DNA of 64,000 nt, from contig OZ316891.1 of assembly GCA_973895155.1 (NCBI GenBank), positions 8,185,875 through 8,249,874 of the forward strand, written 5' to 3'. Below the pieces are notes generated by a model. That model was not told where the DNA came from, ran no database searches, and was given only the letters and a program-made list of their open reading frames with translations. The stretch is from Marsupella aquatica. Lineage: Eukaryota > Plantae > Marchantiophyta. Of the stretch, positions 38,271 through 49,647 are shown piece by piece (the first letter of the stretch is position 1; the number at the start of each line of letters is the position of its first letter). The position numbers were made by a program, and so were the translations under genes.

Positions 38271-41200
38271 ACTCGAGAGGGAATCGAGGTATTGGAAAGG
38301 ACCAGACCTCTGAATGAAGTGGGATGCTTCGCAAGTAGATTGCGCGCTCCTTTTAATAGCCCATCAAATATACCTGAGTGCTGCTCTATCCACGAGATTC
38401 CGAAGCAATCCCCCTCTGAGGCTGTGACCTTCCTCAGGGGAATCTTGGAATCGACCCGAGAGTGTTACATGTCAGTGAATGACACCCTCCAGCTTGTTTT
38501 TTACGGATTTACTCTTTCGCCATAGTGGCGACTGTAAATTTTGTGAAGTTGAAGATGCTCAAAAGATTCACTATTCAATTATTGTACCTAGGTCAAATCT
38601 CCCTAGATTTAAGGCTGACAGTTAGATTCTGGCTAATGGGGCCTGGGATTAGGTGGAACACTCGCTAATTAGACAACAAAATAGTGGGGAAAGATGTTTA
38701 GGGAGGTGGAATTTAGCAAATTTTGGCCACTAAAAAAACACTGCATCCCTCTATACCATGATTAGTCTGGTTATTTTCTATAAATTAATGAGTGCACAGG
38801 GTATATTACCACATTTTGATGTGTGATTACAGGCAGAGCAGCGGGACGAGGACGTGAAACTGATTTTATATACGGTCCTGGCCCCAGTGCTAAAGAGATG
38901 AGTCTCAGGAAGTTATATATGAAATTTTGTTGTGCCCGCCAGAAAGAGGTAGGCTTGGAAAGTCATTTATGGAATTAGTAGCCTGATGCCCATGCCTTGC
39001 ACAAAAGATAACTTGTGGAAATTTTTAGTGTTGATAGTTTTAGTGTTAATAGAGTGTCAATAACTTATTAACTATGAAAATTTTCAGTTTCAGCTGGAAA
39101 GGGATGACTCTTTGGAACGTTATTAATGGAATTATTAGCCCATGTGTTGCACAAAAGATGTTGAGGAGAAGTCACACAGAAATGATTGTGACCGTTTGGT
39201 CGTTGCAGGTCAAGCTAAAAAATAAATGTGAGTGAGACAAGGAACTTGTTTAGAAATCTTATGTGTCCTTGTGGTAAAGTTGTCATTGGAGCTATGATGT
39301 TGTTACCATACTTGTGTGTTATTAAGATTGTTACAATTGGGTAACTTAGTGTAAGTATCTTTCCTCTCTCCCTCCTTTTTCTTGTTGCCCAAAAATGTCA
39401 AGCAAGGTAAAGAATTGCAAGGGAGACAAAGAAGTCTTATTCCAACTGGGCCAGTTGTGCAATCACATTTGCGATTGCAAAATTTGGGTTAGGTGCTTGT
39501 TGTGAAAATGTCATCAATTCAACCATATGAAAATATTGTTTCCGGGGAGGGCAAATGCGAGGGAGTGGGGACACAATACTGGCCACCTCATAGCAGAGTC
39601 CAAGCACAATCCACTGACAGGGAAATCTTTTATGTTTCAAAGAATTAAATATTTTAAAATATTTCATTTATTATTGAATATTTATATTCAAAGGTATTTT
39701 ATTTATCTTGAATATTTTTCCAATTCTCAATTTCAATCATTTCAATAGTTTATAACTTGTGAACCATTAAAGGCACACTATCTCTACTCACAAATGAAAA
39801 GTCACAAAGGTTTCCTTCTCTCGATACAACAAGTTTTGAAAGAGCCAAAAACAATGTTCAATCAAGATAGACATAAATATTTTTGTACCAACTGAACGAA
39901 GAGAAATAACTTAGTTCAAGCAATTAGTTCAATTAGATTTTTGCCAACTTTAATTACCAAGATTAGTTACTGGACCACGTACTTATGTAATTTTTTAATG
40001 CTTGTAAGGAACCTAATTCCCCTTATATTTTAGTTTTAAGAATAATGCATACAGAGCAAAGTCAGTGTTAATACATATCCTCTTATTCTAGTTGTTTTTT
40101 AGTTGAAAAAATAATGCATACACTGCAAAGTCAGTGTTTACATCAAAATGCTCAGACCTTTCTAGAATCTTCAGTATTGAATTAGTTTGAGGCTTCCCCA
40201 GTAGTGCCCACCTTAGTTTTTCTATCAGGCAACACCCGATTGTATTCTCACCATCTGATCACCAAAGAGTGTTCCTAGCTCTCCGTTATGTCTGCTGGAC
40301 CAAGTTGTAGTCTCCCCTTCTTTTGCTAGGACAACGGCAGTAAATGGAACGACTGTATCAAGAGAGATATACTTAGTGGACCTCCAAATGCAACTTTTTC
40401 TCTTATTGGACCAAAAGTTGCACACGCCCTCCCAGTGGACCCCAACGTTTAGATTCACTCCCAATGGACCCCGGGCCCACTCCAACAAGCATGTTCTTCT
40501 GAAACACCTTACCGCACAGTTCAGGTCCACTACGTACCCTGTGGACACCGTGGCTGGTCATGTGTAGTAGACAGTCGATCCACAAGCGTCGTAGCCCTGG
40601 CCGCAATTGAGTGCCACAGCACCATGGCTTCCTAGTTTTTGTGAATACAATATGACTATTGTATTCAAAATTACAATAGCCGCAATCTAGAACAATCGGA
40701 AGAATAGAGCATTGTCAATGTATTCACTCTACGTATGCAATGACACGTTGCGATTCTAGGTTGCGCTTGCTTTGCTAGTTCATTGTTAGGGATGAGGGCA
40801 CGATAATTTGCGTGCGTATGCCTTCTCATTGGCGAGGGTTTAGGATTTTAGGTGGCAGTCGATAGGAATGGTGATCGAGAGAGGATGATTGTTTTAGGGA
40901 TTTGACTATTGGAGACCAGGCAGCTCGTAGGCAGATCAAAGGCCTGTCGGGCTGAAGGAAGACTGCAAAATGAATTGGGACGGCCTGTCGGGCAATTTGG
41001 AGTGAGTGCAGAGAGATTCAAGGAGATCAAAATTACGAACCAACTTTCGGTAGTAACTCACCCTCATCCCACCTCTGCTCAGATATCAAGTTTTCAGCAC
41101 AGCTCAGTACTACTGGTTTGGCAAAGCACAGCTACTACTGTTGGCCTTGGTGAGTGTGACTAGAAGAGACATCATCTGAACCCGGGGCTGGCTACGAGGA

Positions 41201-42171
41201 GAAATTCCATTCCATAATTCTCCACAACTGCGCAAATCATCGCCCGGCACAGCCTTGAGTTCCACGATGACTTTTGTGGAACTCCCTACATCATTCTGTA
41301 TACATCAGTTTGGCTCTGTTGGCAGGTTGAAATCCACTCGAAATCATAGCGCATTGTTTGTGTTCGATCAAGTTTTGGAGGTACAGAGCGTACTTCAACA
41401 ATGATCGAAGGAAAGTAAGTCCATCTTTCGTCTTCCAGACCACGTCTCCAAGAACTTGCAGGTTTGTCAGTGACTTTATCACTACCTCCTGACTTGTTTG
41501 GTCTTGGCACAAACGATAGCGTTCTACATTGTGGACCCAAAATTCTGACCGAAATCCTCAGTAAGATCCAAATATCCTCAGGCCATTTTCAACTTGATCC
41601 CGGGACCTGCAAAATACTACTCCTACTCCTACTCCACAATCTGAAGAGGTTATCCTTACATAAATTTATCGAGTCAAGGCCAATGCATACGTCTCGTAAG
41701 TTTCTTCCATCATTCCATAGATTCCCACATGATTGTGCTCTTTCTAGAAGTCAGGTTGACCAAAAAATTTACAGAAGTCCATCTTCGTTGACTTGCTTTA
41801 ACCGCTCAGGATGAGATCCTGTGACAAGAATGATTAGAACTCGGATGAATTTACGGCATTCCTCTTCAGATCGACATATATGTTAATTTCAAGTTCAAAG
41901 CCATCCCTGTTAAGTAGTACATTCTCCTTCGAAAATCTCTTACAGAAGGTAAATGTTACAAGATTACATCAGGCCGTGTTGGAAGAGTTGACTGAGTACA
42001 CGAGTTCGTCGCTTATAATTATATAGTAGTACTGGAAACCAGTTTCCCATCCCACTCCCCCCTGACCTCTGGCTTAATTCGTTGATCTGGAGAATATTTG
42101 GGTCAGTTCTCTTTATTCTCTGGAACCGCCTTCTCAGTGACGACAGAAACATCAGAGCCTAATCCATCAAT

Positions 42172-43155
42172 CTAGCCCTCACTGTATTGTTGGACATGCC
42201 CATGATATCTGTCACCCCTCACGGCATGGACATCCAAGATCGCGTCAATGTCCTTTGCCTCCTCATCTGTAAGTGTGATATCGTTGGTGTTTTCGATCAC
42301 TCTAGCTTCCGTAGTAGCCCCAGGAATTGGAATTATGACGGGCATCCCCGGCTTCTCGCTGAGATACTTCACCCACGCGAGTGCAAGCTGCGGCAACGTG
42401 CACCCCTTCTTCTTTGCGATCGCCTCCACCAGCTCAACCAACTTCATATTCTTCTCCAGAACATCAGGTTGATACTTGGGATAGTCACGCGCTTGTGCGG
42501 GAAGATCCTCGTACTTCTTAATCGTCCCCGTCAGCGCACCACGACCGAGTGGTGAGTACGCCACAAACGGAATCCCGAGTTCAGCACAAGTGCTGAGAAC
42601 ATCATTCTCCATGTTGTCGATGGACCAGAGCGACAGCTCCCCTTCCACAGCAGCAATCGGAGCCACGGCAGCTGCTCTCCGAATTGTCTTGGCACTCACT
42701 TCGCTCAGGCCGATAGCGCCAATTTTCCTCTCATCAACCAGCTTCTTCAAAGCGCCCACTGTCACCTCAACTGGAGTTTGCGGATCCACGCGAGCACACT
42801 GGAAAATGTCTATCGCCTTCGTTCCGTCCAAGACCCTCAAACACTCCTCCACGCTCGCCCGGACATTCTCCTCACTCCCATTCGGCTTCAACCCGGCGCC
42901 CATACCACCCTTGATACTCAACACCACCTTTTCGGCCGCTTCGGGATGCTGCTTGAAGTAAGCATTAAGCACATGGCAGGAATTCCGATCCGGAGGCCCG
43001 TAGAACTCTCCCCCATTCCAGCAATTGGCGCCTCTCTTCAACGCGGCCGTCATGGCCGCGAAGGCCTGTTCTAGCGATGGGGGCTTCTCCCGCGCTGTCA
43101 GGCCCAGCAGGCCGTAGCCTGTGTGGCCTACGGATTTCCCGACCAGAGACGGCAT
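42172..43155 (-). CDS. Aldo-keto reductase, fungal pyridoxal-reductase-like, copy 2 (327 aa, intronless)
   Basis: Close paralog of copy 1 with an intact 984-bp ORF; ATG at 43155. Confidence 0.9.
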   Translation of the reverse strand: MPSLVGKSVGHTGYGLLGLTAREKPPSLEQAFAAMTAALKRGANCWNGGEFYGPPDRNSCHVLNAYFKQHPEAAEKVVLSIKGGMGAGLKPNGSEENVRASVEECLRVLDGTKAIDIFQCARVDPQTPVEVTVGALKKLVDERKIGAIGLSEVSAKTIRRAAAVAPIAAVEGELSLWSIDNMENDVLSTCAELGIPFVAYSPLGRGALTGTIKKYEDLPAQARDYPKYQPDVLEKNMKLVELVEAIAKKKGCTLPQLALAWVKYLSEKPGMPVIIPIPGATTEARVIENTNDITLTDEEAKDIDAILDVHAVRGDRYHGHVQQYSEG

Positions 43156-45825
43156 CCTCAATTCGGTGCTGCTCGTGAATGCTCAACCGAACATCGACGA
43201 TTTGTGAACTCTATTTCCTCTAGTGGGAGCTCAACCTTCCTTGAAGGCATGCAATTTCCACAACAGAGATCACTTTCCACAGCAGGGATCAATTTACTCC
43301 GTGGAGTGGAAAGCAAACTGCCGATTGGTTCGACAAGATGACTCAATCTCCTCACTCGAGAGGGAATCGAGTTATTGAAAAGGACATCTCTGGATGCAGT
43401 GGAATGCTTGGCAACTAGATTGCGCGCTCCTTTAATACTCCATCTTCGAATTTGAAAGTAAAAATATACGTGAGTGCTACTCTATCCACGATTCCGAAGC
43501 AATTCCCCTGTGACCTTCGTCAGGGGAATGTTGGAATCGACTCGAGTGTTTCCCCATCATGCAAGCCGATGCTGATTCAGCGAGACGATGAACAAGAAAC
43601 TCATTTAATATGGGTGTCCTGGCCCGAGTGCGAACGGGATGAGTACTTAGAAAGTCATTTGTGAAATTCTCTAGTGCGCGTTGGAAAGAGATGAGTTTGT
43701 GGAATGTTATTAATCTACAACTATGATAAGGGATCCCATTTTTTTTTGTGCTTCATCTCAATACAAAAAAACTCCTGGGCGGGAGAGATACACAATCATT
43801 GGATTTGTTTGGCTGTTTTTTCTGACCATTGATGGAAGAAATGGACACCCCTGGCGCATATGTGCTTCCCCATGCTGTCCCATAAATGCCCCGGGCCGAC
43901 TCCCTATGGCGGGCCCTCCTTGCGCCGTGCAATGCACGGGCATAGGGCTGGTAATGTATAAAATCACTAGCCCGGTGCCTTTTTGCATGACAACTAGAGA
44001 GGCAAATATCTCTAGGTGAGGCAAATATCTCTAGGTGAGGCAAAGATTCCAGGTAGAAGGAGAGATAACAATGTTTTGAAGTGAAACAAAAATAGTTGTG
44101 GCCATGATGTGGAGCTAAGGCAAAGAAAATGCAGGTGAGACAAAGAAGTTGTTGATATATGTATTATGCCCTTGCGATAATGGTGTCATTGTGGCCATGT
44201 TGTTGTCATGACCATAGTATCAATGTTAGAGTGTTCCATAAATGTCTTTGCAATTGGGTAACTTATTCAAACTGGGTTTCCCCTCTCCCTTCTCTTTCTT
44301 GCTACACAAAAATGTACAGGTAAAGCAAAGAATTGCAAGTGAGACAAAGAAATGTTATTGTTCCCACTGGGTCATCTATACAGTAACCATTGTGATCGTA
44401 AATTACAGAAATCATGATTTTTGGTTAGTGTCAAAAGTTTCATATGAAGCCCAGTTTTGGTGGGGTTTGTGTTAAATCACAACTGCCCTTATGTAAAGGG
44501 GAGGTGTCCAATGCTCCCTTTTTCCATATTCCTCTCACTTCTGTCCTCTAATGTTTGCTCCACAATTATGGGAAGAATTTATTATTAATAGTGAAATTTG
44601 GATCCTGAGGGTAACCTGTAACTCTTGAAGAAGCACCTGTGGTTTAAAAGCACTATACGGTTTAAAAGCACTATGCCACAGGGAAGTTTCCAACCTTGCA
44701 CTTCCACCTCCCCAGATGCACTACCAGAACACCCATAGCCTGCTAGACTAACCAATGCCTAATTCCTGGTATTGAACTTGATATCGTTGTATATTGTTTT
44801 GGCAGCAACTGGTGGGCAGCAAGCTAGGACAGCCCTAAATGACTTCCATGGATTGGTCGCCCCAAATGTGTTTCCCCACCATGGAGGGCGGGACGCCCAG
44901 GAGCTTATACGGTGGTGTAGGTCCAGGAGGCACAATCCAGCTCTCACAATTCCTTTGCTATTCAGGGGGCCTCCAATGAGAGAAAAAGAGAGAGCATAGT
45001 TTCTGTTTTTGTATTTAGACCTAGAGACAAAATACAACGCAAGACTGTGGACGATACTGACAGTCTTGGAACATAATTCACACTCACCTGAATACTTTGA
45101 AATAAATTTTCAATTTCTTGGACAATTGACCCAAAACATCATGCATGTTATTTTGTGATAACAAAACGTACATATCCTTCATGTTAAATTTGCAAAAGCT
45201 CCTAACAAATGAAGTATCTTTCTCCACCTAATCAAAATAATTATTTATTTTCATTATTCATTTTTCAAGTAACATTTTATAACTTGTGAACCATTGAAGG
45301 CACAACAGGTTTCCTTCTCTGCTTACAACAAGTTTTGAAAGAGCAAAAAGCAATGTTCAATCAATTAGAGAGAACAAACATTTTTGTACCAACGGAATGA
45401 AGAGAAATAAATTAGTTCAAGCACCCCTTGGTTATGTAATTTTTGCTTCTTTAAAATAAAAGCTATTGATAAGGTGTGTATTTTTTGGGTGACTTGTACC
45501 TCCAGGTATAATCTGTTCCACTTCTGTTAGCTTACTTATTTCCTTCTCGGAAACTTTTCCCTCTCCCAATGTTTTCAATATTACTTTTCTCCAGTGGATA
45601 TTTTCAATTTTTGTCTCTTCATTGAATATTAGAATACTTCAAAATCTTTGCCAACATATATACCAAGATTAGTTACTGGACCCCTACCTATGTATACTTT
45701 AATGCTTGTAAGGAACCTAGTACATATTCTCTTATTCCCCTTGTTTTCTAGTTTTAAAAATAATTCTTACACTGCACAGTTAGTGTTTACATCAAAATGC
45801 TCAGCACATATATAATAAGCTAATT

Positions 45826-45896
45826 GCAGGTATAGTTTAATGGTAAAATTACTCCTTGCCACGGAGAAGACGTGGGTTCAATTCCCGCTACTTGAG
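45826..45896 (+). pseudogene. Degenerate organelle-type tRNA-Gly(GCC), resembling plastid trnG-GCC
   Basis: GCAGGTATAGTTTAATGGTAAAA...CTCCTTGCCACGGAG...GGGTTCAATTCCCGCTAC; GCC anticodon; mismatch in the acceptor stem. Confidence 0.6.
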
Positions 45897-47948
45897 GGTC
45901 TTTGTCGGTCCGAAGGACCTAAAGGCACAATTGACGCATATATGATAGATGGTCTGGGGAAGGCACTAGGATCCTATTTGAACATGAGATGACAACTTCT
46001 CCAATGAAAATAGGGACAGCAGGAAGCTCAGCAAGCTCAGCAGGTTACCTATATTATATTGCAGGTGGTTTCTACAACCTTTGCTAATCTATTTCCCAAT
46101 GACGGAAGAGGAATTACTTAAGGTCAACACACTCTATCACCAATAAGAATCAGTGTAAAGTCTGAACATGTGCACTTATCAAATAGTGCAAACCACATAT
46201 AAATGCAAGGCACTAGCTTATTCGTGAGAGGGTCTCTTAGGAAGACTTCACTGTACATGTTTGGATTGTTTCAGGATGATGTACTTTGCCTCCATGCAGC
46301 TTGTTTAGATGAAAAATGTAGAGCAAATGCCAGGTTGGGGATGGGAACTGTTGATTTACAGGAAGGTAATCTTTAGCAAGATAATTGCACCTTTAATCTT
46401 TTGTAAGAACTACCTGATTTGTACAGTTGTGGAGAATCATGGAATGCAATTATGGGATTAGATTTGGAGAGTAACACGACAATGTTGAACACTGCGGAGA
46501 GTCGAGAAAATGGGTCTCCTCTAACTGATCTACTGTTGTATTGAAGCTTATGGTCTTGTGACATAATAACAACAGATATGCTATTAGTACAGGTTCTACT
46601 ATTTCGAAACACATCGAGCATTGTTTTAGCACAGCAGTCCAGTCCACATGAAAAGATTCGTTCATACTCTTACGAAAGCCTACATGCTCTGTAGTGCCCA
46701 CTTCAGTTTTTCTATCAGACAACAGCAGATTGTATTCTCACCACCATCTGATCGACAGATAATCTTCCTAGCTCCCCGTTATGTCTGCTGCACGACGTTC
46801 GTTTGCTACGACAACGGATGTCAATGGAATGATCAGTATCACAACACTGCGGACCAACTTTCAATAGTCGCTCACCCTTATCCCACCTCTGCTCTGATAT
46901 CAAGTTTTCTGCACAGCTACTACTGTTGGCAATAGTGAGTACGTGTGATTCGACGAAACCTAATCTGAACACGGACTGGCGACGAGGAGAAAGTCCCCTG
47001 GCTCCATAATTCTCCACAACTGTGTGCAAAATCATTGCTCAGCACAGCCTAGAGTACCAATGATGACACGTAATCAGCTGTAGAGTGGAGCTCCCTACAT
47101 CATTCTGTATACATGAGTTTGGCTCTGTGGCAGGTTGAATCCACTCGAAATCCTAGAGCATTGTTTGTGTTCGATCAAGTTTTGGAGGTATAGAGCGTAC
47201 TCCAACAATGATCGAAGGAAACAATGATCGAAGTCTCCAAGAACTTGCAGCTTTGTCAGTGAATTGATCACTACCTCCTGACTTGTCTGGTCTTAGCACA
47301 AAGGATAACATTCTACATTGATTGTGAACTCAAAGTTGGTACAGAATTCCTCAGGAAAGTCCAAATATCCCCATCTTCCACTTGATTCCGGGACATGGAA
47401 AGTACTACTCCTACTGAGCAACAAATTTATCCTTGCACGAATTTATCGAGTCAAGGCCAATGCCTTCGTGTGGTAAGTTTCTTCCATCATTCCATGGATT
47501 CCCACATGATTGTGCTTTTTCTAGAAGTCAGGTTGACCAAGAAATCCATCTTCGTTGACTTGCTTTAACCGCACAAGATGAGATCCGGTGACAGATTGAT
47601 TGGAACTCGGATCAATTTACGGCATTCCCCTTCAGATCGTCATATATGTTTCGAGTTATAAGCCATCCCTATTAAAAAGTACATTCTCCTTCGAAATTCT
47701 CTTACAGAAGGTAAGTGTTACAAGATTACATCAGGCCGTGTTGGTAGAGGTTACTGAGTATTCGAGTTCGTCGCTTATAACTATTACTGTAGTACTGGAA
47801 ACCATTCCAGTAACGTAGTTTCTTTCCCATCTCACTCCCGCCTGACCTCTGGCTTACTTGATCTGGAGAATCATTTGGGTCAGTTCTCTTTATTCTCTGA
47901 AACCGCCTTCTCAGTGACGACAGAAGGATCACAGCCCAATCCATCAAT

Positions 47949-48933
47949 CTAGCCCTCACTATATTGATGGGCATAAGCAGGATATCTATCACCCCTCACG
48001 GCATGGACATCCAAGATAGCGTCAATGTCCTTCGCCTCCTCATCTGTAAGTGTGATATCGTTGGTGTTTTCATTCACTCTAGCCTCCGTAGTAGCCCCAG
48101 GAATTGGAATAATGACGGGCATCCCCGGCTTCTCGCTGAGATACTTCACCCACGCGAGGGCCAGCTGCGGCAACGTGCACCCCTTCTTCTTTGCGATCGA
48201 CTCGACCAGCTCAACCAACTTAAGAGTTTTGTCCAGAACATCAGGGTGAAACTTGGGAACGTGACGCGCTTGTGCGGGAAGATCCTCGTACTTCTTAATC
48301 GTCCCCGTCAGCGCACCACGACCGAGGGGTGAGTACGCCACAAACGGAATCCCGAGTTCAGCACAAGTGCTGAGAACATCGTTCTCCATGTTGTCGATGG
48401 ACCAGATCGACAGCTCCCCTTCCACCGCAGCAATCGGAGCCACGGCAGCTGCTCTCCGAATTGTCTTGGCACTCACTTCGCTCAGGCCGATACCGCCAAT
48501 CTTCCCCTCATCAACCAGCTTCTTCAAAGCGGCCACTGTCACCTCAATTGGAGTCTTCGGATCCACGCGTCCGCACTCGAAAATGTCTATCGTCTTCGTT
48601 CCGTCCAAGACCCTCAAACACTCCTCCACGCTCGCCCGGACACTCCTCACTCCCATCCGGCACCTTCCCCGAGCGCGCCCCACCACCCTTGATGCTCAGC
48701 ACCACCTTTTCGGCCGCTTCGGGATGCTCCTTGAAGTAAGCATTCAGCACATGGCAGGAATTCCGATCCGGAGGCCCGTAGAACTCTCCCCCATTCCAAC
48801 AATTGGCGCCTCTCTTCAACGAGGCCGTCATGGCTGCGAAGGCCTGCTCTAGCGATGGGGGATTCTCTCGCCAGGTCAGGCCCATCAGGCCATAGCCTGT
48901 GTGGCCCACTGGTTTCCCCACAAGAGACGGCAT
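47949..48933 (-). pseudogene. Aldo-keto reductase copy 3, frameshifted by a 2-bp deletion near 48643
   Basis: 985-bp span against 984 bp in copies 1 and 2; GSEE-(AA lost)-VRAS; N- and C-terminal halves lie in different ORFs; retains GLTWR. Confidence 0.85.
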
Positions 48934-49647
48934 CTTCAATTCTGTGCTACTCGTGAATGTCCAACCGATCGTCGACGATTTGTGAAATCTATTTCCTTTT
49001 GTGGGAGCTCGTCCTTCAGTTGACAAGATGCAATTTCGACTGCAGCGAACAATTTCCTCCAACTACAATAGTGGAACGCGAAGTGGGGATTGGGTCGACA
49101 AGAGCAATCAATCTACTCGTTCAAGACGAAATTGGAATTTTGAGCGGTAAGACAGGACCACATTTCGGGATGAAGGGGACAGCTTCACAACCAAATGGGG
49201 GCACGTTTTATACCCCAATTGCGCTTTTGAGAGTACAGTGAACCGCGGATAAGTGCATCGTGAATAAGTGCAGTCCGTGACTTAGTGCAGGCCTTTCGTG
49301 TTGTCCCCTAATATTAGTGGCATTTACTTTGTAAATGCACCAAAAAAATGCACTTTGCATATGTGGAAGCCTACCCTCACTAAATGACAATACTTAATTG
49401 CATTCCGTCTATAAGAGTACATATGCATTTACCAGTTAGTGGATATAGTGCACAAGATGCTTTTATTGATAAGAGGTTGAAAGAAATAGAGACATATGCT
49501 TAGTAGACCCTTCTGGAAAAAGTTTGCTTAATCAACCCCCTCAATACTTTTCTCCAATCTGGACCGTTGATGGACCTTTCGATCTCAGATCTGGACTGTT
49601 GATGGACCTTTCGATCTCAGATCTGGACCGTTGATAGACCTCAGGGG

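Noticed and set aside
44660-45040. Possible LINE ORF2 C-terminal fragment
   Set aside because: Only a weak GLCLLDL-type resemblance; no boundaries or TSD.
36992-48852. Repeated plus-strand ORFs overlapping the AKR copies, and similar ORFs antisense to SAHH and the TE genes
   Set aside because: They are antisense shadows of GC-rich coding sequence and recur only because the AKR gene is duplicated.
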